Source: an uncultured delta proteobacterium (GTDB lineage Bacteria > Desulfobacterota > RBG-13-43-22). From it: a DNA stretch of 64,000 nt. The stretch lies in the NCBI GenBank assembly GCA_963843145.1, contig CAWJJC010000023.1, positions 1 through 64,000 of the forward strand, given 5' to 3'. Positions 40,531-51,614 of this stretch are shown here, piece by piece. The first letter of the stretch is position 1. The number at the start of each line of letters is the position of its first letter. Position numbers and translations under genes: made by a program. The notes beneath the pieces are model-generated. The model worked only from the letters and a program-made list of their open reading frames with translations, was not told where the DNA came from and ran no database searches.

Positions 40531-41390
40531 GGGGTCGGTGCCTCCCGCAAGGCATCCACCACCTGAAGCACTTGTCGATTGGAGTCCACCCGATGAACCC
40601 GGATCATATGGGCCCCCAACCAAGCCGAAAGAGCCGAAGTGGCCGCCGTACCCCATTCCCGTTCTCCGGGAATTTGCTGACCGGTGAGCTTACCGATAAA
40701 TGATTTCCTTGAGGTTCCAATCAAAACCGGGCAGTCCAGGTCCGAAAGAATATCCAATCGTTTGATCAATAATAAATTATGCTCCCAGGTCTTGCCGAAT
40801 CCGATGCCCGGATCGATTATCACCCGGTCCCGGGCGAGGCCCTGTTGCTGGGCCCAGAACAACCTTTCCTCAAAAAAAGAGTGAACCTCTTTTAACAGAT
40901 CCCCATAGTGCGGCCGGGACTGCATATCCTGCGGAGTCCCCTGCATATGCATCAGAATAACCGGCGCTCCATGATTCCGCAACACTTCGGTCATGGCCGG
41001 ATCCAGGCGCAGCGCGCTGATATCATTGACCAGGGCCGCACCGGCGTCTAAGGCGGCCTCCGCCACCTGGGACTTATAGGTATCCACCGAAATGGGGATC
41101 GGAACCCTTTTGACCAGTTCCCGGATAACCGGAATGATGCGCTTCAGTTCCTCCTCCACCGCCAAGGGCTGTGAAAAAGGCCGGGTGGACTCTCCCCCGA
41201 TATCCAGAATATCCGCTCCCTCGGCGGCGAGGGCCTCCCCCTGGGCAACGGCCTGCTCTCGCCCGTAAAAAAGACCGCCGTCGGAAAAAGAATCAGGGGT
41301 GACATTAATCACCCCCATGATCAGAGTTCTTCCCCCAAACGACAGGTGAAAATGGTCCCACGACCACTCATATTTCTTTCGGATGACCAT
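40527..41390 (-). CDS. folP: Dihydropteroate synthase
   Basis: MGVINVTPDSFSDGG, IGGESTRP, IDPGIGFGK, SRKS. Confidence 0.96.
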   Translation of the reverse strand: MVIRKKYEWSWDHFHLSFGGRTLIMGVINVTPDSFSDGGLFYGREQAVAQGEALAAEGADILDIGGESTRPFSQPLAVEEELKRIIPVIRELVKRVPIPISVDTYKSQVAEAALDAGAALVNDISALRLDPAMTEVLRNHGAPVILMHMQGTPQDMQSRPHYGDLLKEVHSFFEERLFWAQQQGLARDRVIIDPGIGFGKTWEHNLLLIKRLDILSDLDCPVLIGTSRKSFIGKLTGQQIPGEREWGTAATSALSAWLGAHMIRVHRVDSNRQVLQVVDALREAPTP

Positions 41391-41400
41391 TATTTTTTAC

Positions 41401-41609
41401 GACGCTTCGCCCTTTGGGATGGGTACCCGCCCATATCTGGTATGGCCGAAGGGTCTCGGTGGAATGGTTTGCTCCCGCCTCAGGCGGGACTTTTTAGGTT
41501 CTAACCCGCCCCCCGTGTTTTTAAATCTTCCTGGTGGCAGGGCTGGCCCGGAAGGCACTAAAAGTCTCTGCGTTTGGGCCTGCTTCAAACAAAATTAATA
41601 ACTTAGGCC
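41401..41609 (+). repeat. MITE-like repeat, copy A (one end only)
   Basis: Colinear over about 190 bp with 60242-60437, and its first ~105 bp match the reverse complement of 63727-63831. Confidence 0.8.
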
Positions 41610-43417
41610 GTAGCCAAGGTTGCCCCCGGGTCCGGTCCCTGGATCAAACGATCAATGGTGTCTCCATCCAGGGATTCTTTTTCCAGCAGGCTCTGCGCTA
41701 AACGATGCAAGACCTCCAAATTTTCCGCCAAAATATTTTTTGCCTTTTCGTAACTTTCCAAAATCAGCTTCTTGACTTCCAGGTCTATTTTTCGGGCGGT
41801 TTCCTCGCTATAATCCCGGTGTTGGGCAATTTCCCGGCCCAGGAAAATCTGTTCTTCTTTTTTTCCAAAAGTCAAGGGGCCGAGTTCGTCGCTCATTCCC
41901 CATTCGCAGACCATTTTTCGCGCCAATTCAGTGGCCCGCTCCAAATCATTACCTGCCCCGGTGGTCAGTTGTTTCAGGACCAATTCCTCGGCCACCCGTC
42001 CGCCTAAAAAGATCACCAGGTTTTTCATCAGAAAATCTTTGGGATAGGTGTGTTTTTCGTCGATGGGCAACTGCTGGGTTAAACCTAACGCGCGTCCCCT
42101 GGGAATAATGGTCACTTTATGAATGGGATCCGTTCCGGGCAACATCTTGGCTACCAGGGTATGGCCGGCTTCGTGATAGGCGGTATTTCTTTTTTCCTCC
42201 TCGCTGATGATCATGCTCCGCCGCTCGGCTCCCATCAAGACTTTATCCTTGGATGTTTCGAAGTCACTCATATCCACTTTTTCTTTCCCCAATCGGGCTG
42301 CCAGGAGCGCCGCCTCATTGACCAGATTTTCCAAATCCGCTCCTGAAAAACCGGGCGTGCCCCGGGCCAAAATACTTAAATTCACCCCTTCGGCCAAGGG
42401 AGTTTTCCGGGTATGAACCTTAAAGATTTCTTCCCGCCCTTTGACATCCGGCACCGGGACCACTACCTGCCGGTCGAATCGGCCGGAACGCAAAAGGGCC
42501 GGATCCAGAACATCCGGGCGATTGGTGGCGGAAATCAGAATGACGCCCTCAGTGGATTCAAAACCATCCATCTCCACCAGCAACTGGTTCAGGGTCTGTT
42601 CCCGTTCATCGTGTCCGCCGCCCAAACCGGCGCCTCGATGACGACCCACGGCGTCGATCTCGTCGATGAAGATAATACAGGGTGCATTCCGCTTGCCCTG
42701 GATAAATAGGTCCCGAACGCGGGAAGCCCCCACGCCCACGAACATCTCCACAAAATCGGATCCGCTGATACTAAAAAAAGGGACTCCGGCCTCCCCGGCA
42801 ATGGCTTTGGCCAGCAAGGTTTTTCCCGTACCGGGTGAGCCCATGAGCAGGACTCCTTTGGGGATCCGCCCGCCCAAACGGGTAAATTTCTTGGGATCTT
42901 TCAAAAAATCGATAATCTCCCGCAACTCTTCCTTGGCTTCTTCGATTCCCGCCACGTCATTAAAAGTGACTTTGGGCCCCTGGTCTGATTGGAGCCTGGC
43001 CCGGCTCTTGCCGAAGGCCATGGCCTTCCCCCCACCGGCCTGCATCTGGCGCATGAAGAAAATCCAGACCCCAATCAAAAGCAGCATGGGAAACCAAGAG
43101 ATCAGGATGGTCATATACCAGGGGGACTCATCCAAGGGTCTGGCCGTGATTCGAATCCCTTTGTCCCGCAACGTTTTTATCAGTTCGGGATCTCTGGGGG
43201 CGTAGGTCTTGAATTTTTTTCCCCCCACCAGAAAGCCCTGAATGTCATCCCCCTGGATGGTGACACTCAAAACCTCCCCTTTTTCTACGGAGGCTAAAAA
43301 ATCCGTGTAACTGACCGGCTCCTTGGTTGTCTGGGGCTTATTAAACAGATTGAAGAGCGCTATCATAACCAGGCTGATCACCAGCCATAAGGCCAAATTT
43401 TTATAAAAAGGGGTCAA
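41603..43417 (-). CDS. ftsH: ATP-dependent Zn metalloprotease FtsH
   Basis: [20 protein letters not shown]. Confidence 0.97.
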   Translation of the reverse strand: MTPFYKNLALWLVISLVMIALFNLFNKPQTTKEPVSYTDFLASVEKGEVLSVTIQGDDIQGFLVGGKKFKTYAPRDPELIKTLRDKGIRITARPLDESPWYMTILISWFPMLLLIGVWIFFMRQMQAGGGKAMAFGKSRARLQSDQGPKVTFNDVAGIEEAKEELREIIDFLKDPKKFTRLGGRIPKGVLLMGSPGTGKTLLAKAIAGEAGVPFFSISGSDFVEMFVGVGASRVRDLFIQGKRNAPCIIFIDEIDAVGRHRGAGLGGGHDEREQTLNQLLVEMDGFESTEGVILISATNRPDVLDPALLRSGRFDRQVVVPVPDVKGREEIFKVHTRKTPLAEGVNLSILARGTPGFSGADLENLVNEAALLAARLGKEKVDMSDFETSKDKVLMGAERRSMIISEEEKRNTAYHEAGHTLVAKMLPGTDPIHKVTIIPRGRALGLTQQLPIDEKHTYPKDFLMKNLVIFLGGRVAEELVLKQLTTGAGNDLERATELARKMVCEWGMSDELGPLTFGKKEEQIFLGREIAQHRDYSEETARKIDLEVKKLILESYEKAKNILAENLEVLHRLAQSLLEKESLDGDTIDRLIQGPDPGATLATA

Positions 43418-43454
43418 ATTTCTTCTCCTTCAACACTATTTCCTGTAATCATTT

Positions 43455-43483
43455 AAATTACCACAAAAACCCCTTGATCTCAA
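43455..43483 (-). promoter_or_regulatory. sigma70-type promoter of ftsH
   Basis: TTGAGA-17 bp-TAATTT with an extended TG. Confidence 0.45.
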
Positions 43484-43490
43484 ACCCTTT

Positions 43491-44894
43491 TTACGTTATC
43501 TGGAGCTTCAGGCGAAGGGCCTGTCGAGATTGTTCGTTCAAAGCAAAGGGGTCCCCGATTTCCAGACCGGCGACCCAAACAATCTCTCCTCCGGAAATGA
43601 TTAGCGGGATCCGGTCACGCTGGGACCGGGGTATTTTCCTATCTATAAAAAACCGGTGGACCTTTTTGGCGCCCCTTAACCCCAGCGGCCGGAAACGGTC
43701 ACCAGCCTGAGCATTGCGAACCAACAAAGGCCACCGGATTTTTCCCCAATCCACCAAAGCCTGGTCTTTAATGAAAGTCTTTTTGACCGTTTGGGGATCG
43801 ATTGGAACCTTTTCGAAGGAAAGCTCCAGACCAATTTCCCGGATAGTAAGCGTTCCCGGCCCATCGACCTGCTCGGAAAAAAGGCTTGGGGAGAGGGAAA
43901 CGGAAACGGCGGGTTGAAGAATTATCCGGTCGCGGTCCCAGGAGGCCTGCAGCCCTCCGGGTAGATCCAATCTGCCCTGGAGGGATGGGCCGCAAACCAC
44001 GTTTACCAAGGAAAGCAGGTGTACCGAACCGATTGACTTCAAATCCCCCTTAACCTGAAATATCGCCTTCTGAAACAGGCGGGAAAGGATGGCCGGGGGG
44101 AGTTTTTTTAAGCCACTCCGAGAAATTTGAACCCCCGCCTCCAGCGGCACCAGGACTCGGGCCGTAATTTGCTCGGTTTTTTCCTGCAGGAAAGCCTCAT
44201 CTTCCTTCAACAGGCCGGCCGTTCGATTCAATTGGGTAATGATATTAGGAGAGAACTTCCCCAATTCGGGCAACAATTGGTGACGCACCCGGGCCCGGAG
44301 AAAACGACGGTCCTTATTGGATTCATCCTCCAGGTAGGGGATGTCCCGTTCGCCTAAATAGGTCAGGATTTCCGTTCGGTAGGTGGCCAACAGGGGGCGG
44401 ATAAAGCCCTCGCGCTGTAAAGGAATCCCGGCCAACCCACCCAGTCCTGCCCCTCGGATCAAGCCGATCAGCACTTCTTCGGCCTGATCATTGGCGGTAT
44501 GGGCCAGGGCCACTTTGTCGGCCTTTTGATTCACAAAAAATGACCTGAAGACTCGGTAACGCAGCTCCCGGGCCGCTTCCTGGAGGGATAATTTATTCTC
44601 CTGCTGAAAGGCCTGGACGTCCACTTTGGAAGTGGAGAAAGAACAACCCCAGCGCCCGGCCCAACGCCGAACAAAATCTGCTTCCTGGTCCGCGGCTCGG
44701 CGTAACCCGTGATGGCAATAAAGGGCGATTACTTCCAAACCCCAGGGTTGGCGCAATTCATTTAAAATGGAGAACAGGGCCATGGAATCCGGCCCACCGG
44801 AGACTCCGACGATAATTCTGGATCCGGGCCCGAAAAGCCGGTTGTTTTCAATAAAACGCTTTACCGCTACGGTCAATGACGGCTTTCTGCTCAT
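43491..44894 (-). CDS. tilS: tRNA(Ile)-lysidine synthase
   Basis: GVSGGPDSMAL, HHGLR, ARELRY, AHTANDQAE, and the TilS C-terminal domain. Confidence 0.95.
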   Translation of the reverse strand: MSRKPSLTVAVKRFIENNRLFGPGSRIIVGVSGGPDSMALFSILNELRQPWGLEVIALYCHHGLRRAADQEADFVRRWAGRWGCSFSTSKVDVQAFQQENKLSLQEAARELRYRVFRSFFVNQKADKVALAHTANDQAEEVLIGLIRGAGLGGLAGIPLQREGFIRPLLATYRTEILTYLGERDIPYLEDESNKDRRFLRARVRHQLLPELGKFSPNIITQLNRTAGLLKEDEAFLQEKTEQITARVLVPLEAGVQISRSGLKKLPPAILSRLFQKAIFQVKGDLKSIGSVHLLSLVNVVCGPSLQGRLDLPGGLQASWDRDRIILQPAVSVSLSPSLFSEQVDGPGTLTIREIGLELSFEKVPIDPQTVKKTFIKDQALVDWGKIRWPLLVRNAQAGDRFRPLGLRGAKKVHRFFIDRKIPRSQRDRIPLIISGGEIVWVAGLEIGDPFALNEQSRQALRLKLQIT

Positions 44895-44958
44895 AGGTTC
44901 ACCGGTTTTTTAATTCGAAAATAGAATCGAACACCGCTTTTTAGGCGTTTTGTTTTTG

Positions 44959-45077
44959 CCGTCATCCCGGACTCGATCCGGGATCCAGGTGACCCATGAC
45001 CTTCACTGCCCTGGATTCCGGCCATTCGACAATGCTCATGGCCCTGAGCTAGCCGAAGGGCTTTCGCCGGAATGACG
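44959..45077. repeat. REP-like palindrome with a nested second palindrome
   Basis: CGTCATCCCGG..GGATCCAG / CTGGATTCCGGC..GCCGGAATGACG, with TTCGACAATGCTCA..TGAGCTAGCCGAAG inserted. Confidence 0.65.
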
Positions 45078-45237
45078 ACCTAACAAATTGAATAAACATA
45101 AATTTTCATGCCTCGGGGTGCCCGCCCCGGGCATGGGGGTTTAGTGCTTAATAATAATCCAATTATTTTTTGTTCGTCCTTAAGGATCCCCAAATTGCAG
45201 GATTCCCACAAGGTAATTATACCCTATTTAATAATGC

Positions 45238-45266
45238 TTGACCATTTGATCCGCTCCCTCTACAAT
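45238..45266 (+). promoter_or_regulatory. sigma70-type promoter
   Basis: TTGACC-17 bp-TACAAT. Confidence 0.65.
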
Positions 45267-45316
45267 TTTTCAGGATAGATTCCCTTTATTCTTAAGATCG
45301 ACTGGAAGATAGCATC

Positions 45317-45589
45317 ATGGGGTCGGAATACCAAGTAATGGGTAAAATCATTGAAATTCGGGGGTCCGGAGTATGCTCCTACGGACACCAGGTCGGCGAG
45401 ACCTTTGAATTCAAGGAAATGGGGTCCGCCATCTGCCAGTGGGCGCAGAACAGTATCTTCCCTTTTTATACGGTACTCAAGTTCGGGGGGAAGTTCCCGT
45501 GGCTGAAGGACCCGGACCGCCTGCAGGTGTCTTGTCCGGACCCGGCCAACGTGGTCGTCTTTGAACTCTGGAGGGAAGAAAATAAGTGA
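45317..45589 (+). CDS. TIGR04076-like small Cys protein
   Basis: GVCSYGHQVGETF..ICQWA..SCPDPANVVVFEL. Confidence 0.75.
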   Translation: MGSEYQVMGKIIEIRGSGVCSYGHQVGETFEFKEMGSAICQWAQNSIFPFYTVLKFGGKFPWLKDPDRLQVSCPDPANVVVFELWREENK

Positions 45590-46026
45590 AAATCATAGCG
45601 GTCTCCATCAGCGAACAAAAAGGAGTGCCCAAAAAAAATATCCCCCAGGGCTTGCTCCTGGAAAACTTCGGTTTGGAGGGTGATGCCCATGGGGGGCCCT
45701 GGCACCGCCAAGTCAGTTTGCTGGCCATGGAAAGCATACAAAAGATGCAGGATCTCGGCCTGAAGGTTCGACCCGGCTCCTTTGCTGAAAATCTCACCAC
45801 GGAGGGGATCAATTTACCGGCCTTACCGATTGGGACCCGATTGCGGATCGGCCCCGAATCTTTGGCGGAGGTTACCCAGATCGGCAAGGTCTGCCATGAC
45901 CGCTGCGCCATTTATCGCCTGGCCGGCGACTGTGTCATGCCCCGGGAAGGGATCTTTGTTCGAATTCTTAAGGGCGGCCCCGTAAAACCGGGCGATCCGA
46001 TAACCCTCCTCGAAAGAGAAACCTGA
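45586..46026 (+). CDS. MOSC-domain protein
   Basis: GLEGDAH, RQVSLL, GSFAENLT, TQIGKVCH..C..GDCVMPREGIF. Confidence 0.9.
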   Translation: MKIIAVSISEQKGVPKKNIPQGLLLENFGLEGDAHGGPWHRQVSLLAMESIQKMQDLGLKVRPGSFAENLTTEGINLPALPIGTRLRIGPESLAEVTQIGKVCHDRCAIYRLAGDCVMPREGIFVRILKGGPVKPGDPITLLERET

Positions 46027-46040
46027 CCAAAAATATTTTA

Positions 46041-46427
46041 ATGGCACAGGTCCACCGGCTTACCGCTAAAAACTGCCTTTATTACCAACGCGGACATTGC
46101 ACCAAACCCCAGAACTCCATCCCCCCGGAGGAGGGAACCTGTCTCCTGATTGTGGAGCGAAAAAAAATCGGCCGTCAAGCCCTGGACCGTTTAAAGCGCC
46201 TGGAGCGTTTTGACCTTTCGCGACCGGGAGCGGACCGAATGATCGCTGAGAAGTACATCGTGGATCGGAACCTAAAGGAAATGACCAAAGTCCAATGTAA
46301 AAATTTTATCGACTCCGGGGTCAACTTCCCCCCCTGCCTGCACCAGGTCAGCACCGGATGCGCCCTGAAGATGAGACGTTGTCAGGGACGATGTCCGGAC
46401 TACGAAATAAAGCCACAAAACCCATAA
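46041..46427 (+). CDS. Cys-rich hypothetical protein
   Basis: 128-aa ORF with 8 Cys, in operon context. Confidence 0.6.
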   Translation: MAQVHRLTAKNCLYYQRGHCTKPQNSIPPEEGTCLLIVERKKIGRQALDRLKRLERFDLSRPGADRMIAEKYIVDRNLKEMTKVQCKNFIDSGVNFPPCLHQVSTGCALKMRRCQGRCPDYEIKPQNP

Positions 46428-46456
46428 AAACCTCGTTAAAAAGGTATTAATAACCT

Positions 46457-47584
46457 ATGAACAACCTGGAAATCATCCACCGCGGCGACCCGAACGGCAA
46501 CGGATGGGTCATCCGCCTGCCCTTGCCTTCGGGCCGAACCCTCTTCGGACTGGCGACTGAGAACATTTACGGCGGCGACTGGGACCTGGGCCCCACCTGG
46601 AACTATGTCGTTCAGGGCGAGTTTCCCTTCTTAATCGATACGGGCCGCTTCGGTATGGGAGGCCGGTTGTTGGAAATGCTGAAGCAAACCGACCTTCACT
46701 CGGAAGATTTAAAAGGAATATTCCTTACCCATGGCCATGAGGACCACGACGGGGGATTACCGGAACTGGCCCGGGAAACCAGCGCTTCGGTCTGGGTCCA
46801 TCCTCTGTACGACCTCCTCCGTCGCTCTTACCCCAACCAGGCCCCTCTGGCCACCAAGGAGGACTTCTCGGCCTCCTGCTGGCATTGCTTCATGCCCGAG
46901 ACCTTTACCCAGTCCCATTGCCGGGAATACCACCGCCAGAGAGATGATTTGAAAACAAACCGCCTGGAAGGATTGCGCTTTCCGCTGGATGGAGCGGTTA
47001 ACCTGCATCATCTGCCGGGACACTGTCCGGACGCTTTGGCCTATCAAATCGGATCGGAAGCCCTGATTGTGGGAGATACCCTGCTACCGGACATCACTCC
47101 CCATCCTTCCCAGGAGGCCTTTTATCCACTCATCCAGCCCCTCCTGCCTCCAGAATTCCCACCCCTGTCGGCCTGTTATGGTCTGCGGGCTTATATCCGA
47201 TCATTAAAACGGCTGGCGGTCTTGGGCCGGGATTACCCTGGGATGCAGGTCCTGCCGGCCCACCGCTTGTTTTACAATGACCGCTGGGGGATAATCGAGC
47301 TAAGGGAAAGAAGCGAAGAAATTATCGAGCACCACCTTCAGCGTTGTGCCTCGATCCTGGAGGTCTTGAAGAAGGGCCCGATGACGGCGGAGGAAATCGC
47401 CCGTGCCTACTACGAGGCAAAGTTGCTAAAGGGGTTCGGAATCAAGATGGCGGAAAATGAAATAAAAAGCCACCTGGAGTTACTGGAGCATAGCGGGGAT
47501 ATCCTTCGGTCGGGTGAAGGGATCGCCTCGGCCACCGGGAAAACCGATTTTGAAAACTATATTCAACGGATCGAGGCCGATTGA
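46457..47584 (+). CDS. Metallo-beta-lactamase-fold hydrolase
   Basis: LIDTG, THGHEDHDGG, PGHC, VGD, PAH, and a C-terminal wHTH-like region. Confidence 0.85.
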   Translation: MNNLEIIHRGDPNGNGWVIRLPLPSGRTLFGLATENIYGGDWDLGPTWNYVVQGEFPFLIDTGRFGMGGRLLEMLKQTDLHSEDLKGIFLTHGHEDHDGGLPELARETSASVWVHPLYDLLRRSYPNQAPLATKEDFSASCWHCFMPETFTQSHCREYHRQRDDLKTNRLEGLRFPLDGAVNLHHLPGHCPDALAYQIGSEALIVGDTLLPDITPHPSQEAFYPLIQPLLPPEFPPLSACYGLRAYIRSLKRLAVLGRDYPGMQVLPAHRLFYNDRWGIIELRERSEEIIEHHLQRCASILEVLKKGPMTAEEIARAYYEAKLLKGFGIKMAENEIKSHLELLEHSGDILRSGEGIASATGKTDFENYIQRIEAD

Positions 47585-48281
47585 TTCGAGGGAAGATCCT
47601 TATAATCTAAAAAATATATCTCTTTAGTAACCTGAACCGCTTCCGTTTTCCCCCCTCCAAACCGGGTCATCGTCTCGGCAGCCAGTAATAGTCCCTCCTG
47701 GATAGGCTCTTTATCAACCCCTGGGACGGCGTAGGCATAAAAAAGCACCCGGCGGGTGTTTTCGGAAACCCGTGTTTTTTCGTCCGCCCCTGGCAGAGAA
47801 CGCAAACAATATCCTTTTCGTCCCGAAGCACGATCTCCCGGTCCTTCAGTAGAAATTCCCTCTTGCCCAGGCCTCGGCAGACTTCCCCTTCTCCGGCCAG
47901 GTCCAGCAACAAAGCTCCTCTAAAACAATCGGCATCCGTCACGGCCACCAGGATGCCGGCGCACATTTCGGCCATAAAATGGGCGTCGATCATTAGATTA
48001 TAGCGGGGAAAACCGCTTTGGATGGTCCGCTTCAAGTGCTTGGGTAGAGGGCACTCATAACCGAAGGAATGAAAAAACCGGTCGTAGGCCTCGATACGTC
48101 CGGTAATCCGGGCCAGGGTTTCCTTCTTCCGCATGAGACGCAGGTGCTTGCGCTTAAATTCATCAAAACCCGGGGGATTGAGCGGGTTTAGGCAATCCGA
48201 TATCAACGCCAGTCCAAAAGCGAGACCGGGATAGGCGGCCTTATAAGCTTCCGAAATCGAAAATTCAAGAGAAGTAGTCAT
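47563..48281 (-). CDS. B3/B4 (PheT-like) tRNA-editing domain protein (frameshift near 47787-47790)
   Basis: Adding one G gives LCQGADEKTRVSENTRRVLFYAYAVPG, joining the two ORFs. Confidence 0.65.
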
Positions 48282-48333
48282 TGTCTTGGCCCCGTTGGCG
48301 GACTGCTGATCGAGACACTCCCATCTCCCCCTT

Positions 48334-49408
48334 TCAGGCGATTTTCACCACCCAGCCGAAGGGATCTTTTTTATCTCCATACTGAATGCCCGTTATTTCG
48401 TCATAAAGCCGTTGGGCCAGCGGTCCGGTTTTCCCGTCGGCCACGGGAATAACCTGCTCCTGGAAGCCGATTTCGCCCACCGGGGAAATTACCGCCGCCG
48501 TGCCGGTGGCGAACATCTCCTTCAGCTTGCCGTCTTGGGAGGTCTTTAGTACCTCATCGATGGTAATGGGACGCTCGGTCACTTTGATCCCCCAGTTTTT
48601 CGCCAGGTGGATAACGGAGTCCCGGGTCACGCCGGGGAGGATTGTCCCGGCCAAAGGGGGAGTAATCAGTTCATCCTGGATCAGGAAAAAAATATTGCTG
48701 GTTCCCACTTCTTCCACATACTTATGCTCGGCTGCGTCGAGCCAGAGCACCTGGGTGTAGCCCATCTCCTGGGCTTTGGAGGCGGCAAACAGGCTGGCGG
48801 CATAGTTCCCGCCGGTCTTGGTCTCGCCCACGCCGCCTTTGGCGGCCCGAACATACGATTTGGTAACGTAGATCCGGGTGGGGCTGAAACCCTCCGGGTA
48901 GTAGGGACCCACCGGCCCGAGGATGATGAAAAAAAGATAGCGGCTGGAGGGCTTGACTCCCAGGGCGGCCTCGGTGGCGATCATAGTCGGACGAATATAT
49001 AAGGAAGTCCCCGGAGAGGAGGGGATCCAGTCTTGGTCCAAAAGGATAAGCGCTTTCATCCCTTGCATAAAAATATCCGGATCCGTCTCCGCCATGCACA
49101 GGCGCCGAGCCGACCGATTCCAGCGCTCAATATTCTTGTCCGGGCGAAAAAGGGCAATGGTCACCGTCAGTCCAGCGGTAGGCCTTCAACCCTTCAAAGA
49201 TCTCCTGGCCGTAATGAAGTACCATGGCCGAAGGGTCCAGTGAAAGGGGTCCGTAGGGCACGATCCGAGGGTCGATCCAGCCCTTTCCCTTTTCGTAATC
49301 CATAAGAAACATATGGTCGGTGAAATATTTTCCAAAGCCCAGTTCAGACTCGCTTTTCGGCCTCGGCCGCCGGCCGATGGTGGTAGATTTGGTGATAGGG
49401 ATTTCCAT
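48334..49408 (-). CDS. ilvE: Branched-chain amino acid aminotransferase (frameshift near 49162)
   Basis: LGFGKYFTDHM, LHYGQEIFEGLKAY, LYIRP, KTGGNYA, EEVGTSN, ILPGVTR, TGTAAVISP. Confidence 0.9.
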
Positions 49409-49514
49409 GAATCAACACTCCTCCCGAACAGTATTTATTTCGAAATCTAAAGAAACTTACTCCCTATCTTTTCTTTACCACTTTTTCAATCGAATATCCA
49501 CCCTTTCAGAGATG

Positions 49515-49543
49515 TTGAAATTTCCAATTAAATGTATTATTAT
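49515..49543 (+). promoter_or_regulatory. sigma70-type promoter
   Basis: TTGAAA-17 bp-TATTAT. Confidence 0.5.
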
Positions 49544-49596
49544 TAAGAAAAAGGGCTGAGCGGGCCCTTCACTTATATATATACAGGGAGAAAAAA

Positions 49597-49848
49597 ATGA
49601 CCCATCACGAACCTTCCCCGGCTCCAGAAGAAAAGGCTGACTTTTTTACCGCCGAGATGGAAGACGGCGAACTGGTTATGAAACCCTTCTGTAAATGCGG
49701 CAACATCCTGGATGAAAAATATTTCTGTGAGAAATGTCAACGCCAATGCCTGTGCACCGACATTATCTGCGCCGATGAAACCACCTTCCGCTTTGTCCAG
49801 GACAACCCCCCGTTTAAGAAGTTCAGGTTCTTTCTGGCCTCAAAGTAA
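49597..49848 (+). CDS. Small Cys-rich metal-binding protein
   Basis: CKC..CEKCQRQCLC..C, GGAG RBS. Confidence 0.65.
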   Translation: MTHHEPSPAPEEKADFFTAEMEDGELVMKPFCKCGNILDEKYFCEKCQRQCLCTDIICADETTFRFVQDNPPFKKFRFFLASK

Positions 49849-49977
49849 CTAATAAAATTACTTTTTTAAGCAGCCGCCGTTTCGCCTGTCGGCCAGGGAT
49901 GAGGCCGAAGTCTCAGCCCATATCCAATCAACCCCTCGTCTCCAATTTTGATATTTATAATGAAAGGAAACCCAACG

Positions 49978-50847
49978 ATGGAAGACCATAAACCGGCTAT
50001 TAAACCCGCTGACCGGGGCGAATCGATCATGCCGATTCACGGCACTTTTAATTTCCAGTGCGGCCCCGGGGTCACCTGCTTCACGAATTGTTGCCGCGAC
50101 GTCACCATCTTTTTGACCCCCTATGACATCCTGCGGATGAAAACTGCCTTGGGAATCTCTTCCGAAGATTTTATCGCCCAGTATGCCCTGCCTATGACCG
50201 GAACCGACTCCGGTCTTCCTATTTTTATCCTGAAAATGGGCGAGGGCCCCGAGAAACGCTGTGCTTTTGTCGATCCCCAGAAAGGGTGCCGGGTCTATGA
50301 AGAACGCCCCTGGGCCTGCAGGATGTACCCCTTGGACAGCCGGGAAGGAGATGAAGGAGAAGAAGAGTTTTTCGTCACCGCCGACCCTCAAAAATGCCGG
50401 GGTCTATTGGCCGAACATTCCCTGACACCGGCGGAATGGGAAATAAACCAGGGTCTGAATGTATATAAGGAGGTAGAGGAACTTTTCAACCAGGTGACTT
50501 CGGCCCAGCGAATCTGGGGAGACCATAAATTGGACGGCAAAGTCCAGAGTATGATCATCCTGGCCTGTTACGATACCGAACGGTTTCGAAAATTCGTCTT
50601 TGGAAGCAACTTTTTGAAACTCTTCGATCTTTCTCCTGAAGAAATCGAAACCCTGAAGACCGATGACCTGGCCTTGCTCAAACTCGGATTTAAATGGCTG
50701 CAATTCGGCCTCCTGGGAAAATCCACCCTGCCGGTGCGGGAAGAAGTCATCAAGGCTAAAGAGAAAGAACTGGGGGTTACTCTTCCTAAAGACGACGGGC
50801 TTTGGAAAAACCCGGAGATAAAGAAACCCCAGGGTCTTGGCCGTTAG
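49978..50847 (+). CDS. YkgJ-family cysteine-cluster protein 1
   Basis: FQCGPGVTCFTNCC, LTPYDILR, CAF..GCRVYEERPWACRMYP. Confidence 0.85.
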   Translation: MEDHKPAIKPADRGESIMPIHGTFNFQCGPGVTCFTNCCRDVTIFLTPYDILRMKTALGISSEDFIAQYALPMTGTDSGLPIFILKMGEGPEKRCAFVDPQKGCRVYEERPWACRMYPLDSREGDEGEEEFFVTADPQKCRGLLAEHSLTPAEWEINQGLNVYKEVEELFNQVTSAQRIWGDHKLDGKVQSMIILACYDTERFRKFVFGSNFLKLFDLSPEEIETLKTDDLALLKLGFKWLQFGLLGKSTLPVREEVIKAKEKELGVTLPKDDGLWKNPEIKKPQGLGR

Positions 50848-50855
50848 TCAAAAAA

Positions 50856-51614
50856 ATGAACTCCCCAGAACCCTTTCAGTTCCTGGAAAAGGAGACTTTT
50901 TCCTTTGCCTGCCATCCGGGGGTGCCCTGCTTCACGGAATGCTGCCGGGACCTGCGGTTGATCCTGACACCTTATGATATTTTGAGATTAAAAAACCGCC
51001 TGGGTCTGCCTTCCGGCTCCTTTCTGGATGACTACACCGATCTCAAATTGGGTGAAACCAACGGCTTCCCGGCGGTATTTTTAAAAATGGAGGCCAATGA
51101 ACGTCGAACCTGTCCCTTCGTAACCTCTCAGGGCTGTCGGGTTTATGAAGACCGGCCCGGAGCCTGCCGGATCTATCCGGTGGGCCGGGGCGCATCCAAA
51201 AACGAGAGCCAGGGTCCAGCCCGGGAGATCTTTTTCGTGGTCCGGGAACCCCATTGCCTGGGATTTCAGGAAGACACCGACTGGACGGTCGAGGGCTGGT
51301 CCAAAGATCAAGGCCTGGAACGGTACAACTATTTTAATGACCGCTGGATGGAGATCATCACGCATCGGGGTTCCTTGGGAGCGAGCGAGGTTATCCCCAA
51401 GAAAATGCAAATGTTCGCCATGGCCAGCTATAATCTTGATCAGTTCCGGGGTTTTGTCCTGGGCAGTCGATTTCTCGCCCTTTTTGAATTGCCCGAAGAA
51501 ACCAGGGAGAAGATTAAAACCGACGATGAGGCGTTGTTAGCGTTGGCCTGTCAATGGCTTAAGTTTGCCCTTTTTGCTGAAAAGACCCTTACTCTGAGGA
51601 AAAACAATGAGTGA
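50856..51614 (+). CDS. YkgJ-family cysteine-cluster protein 2
   Basis: FACHPGVPCFTECC, LTPYDILR, CPF..GCRVYEDRPGACRIYP. Confidence 0.85.
   Translation: MNSPEPFQFLEKETFSFACHPGVPCFTECCRDLRLILTPYDILRLKNRLGLPSGSFLDDYTDLKLGETNGFPAVFLKMEANERRTCPFVTSQGCRVYEDRPGACRIYPVGRGASKNESQGPAREIFFVVREPHCLGFQEDTDWTVEGWSKDQGLERYNYFNDRWMEIITHRGSLGASEVIPKKMQMFAMASYNLDQFRGFVLGSRFLALFELPEETREKIKTDDEALLALACQWLKFALFAEKTLTLRKNNE

Noticed and set aside
41397-41588. 63-aa ORF between ftsH and folP
   Set aside because: It lies wholly within the repeat element, and the frame is not kept in the other copies.
48334-49408. ilvE as a true pseudogene or programmed frameshift
   Set aside because: A single indel with no slippery sequence in an otherwise intact gene fits the window-wide indel pattern.
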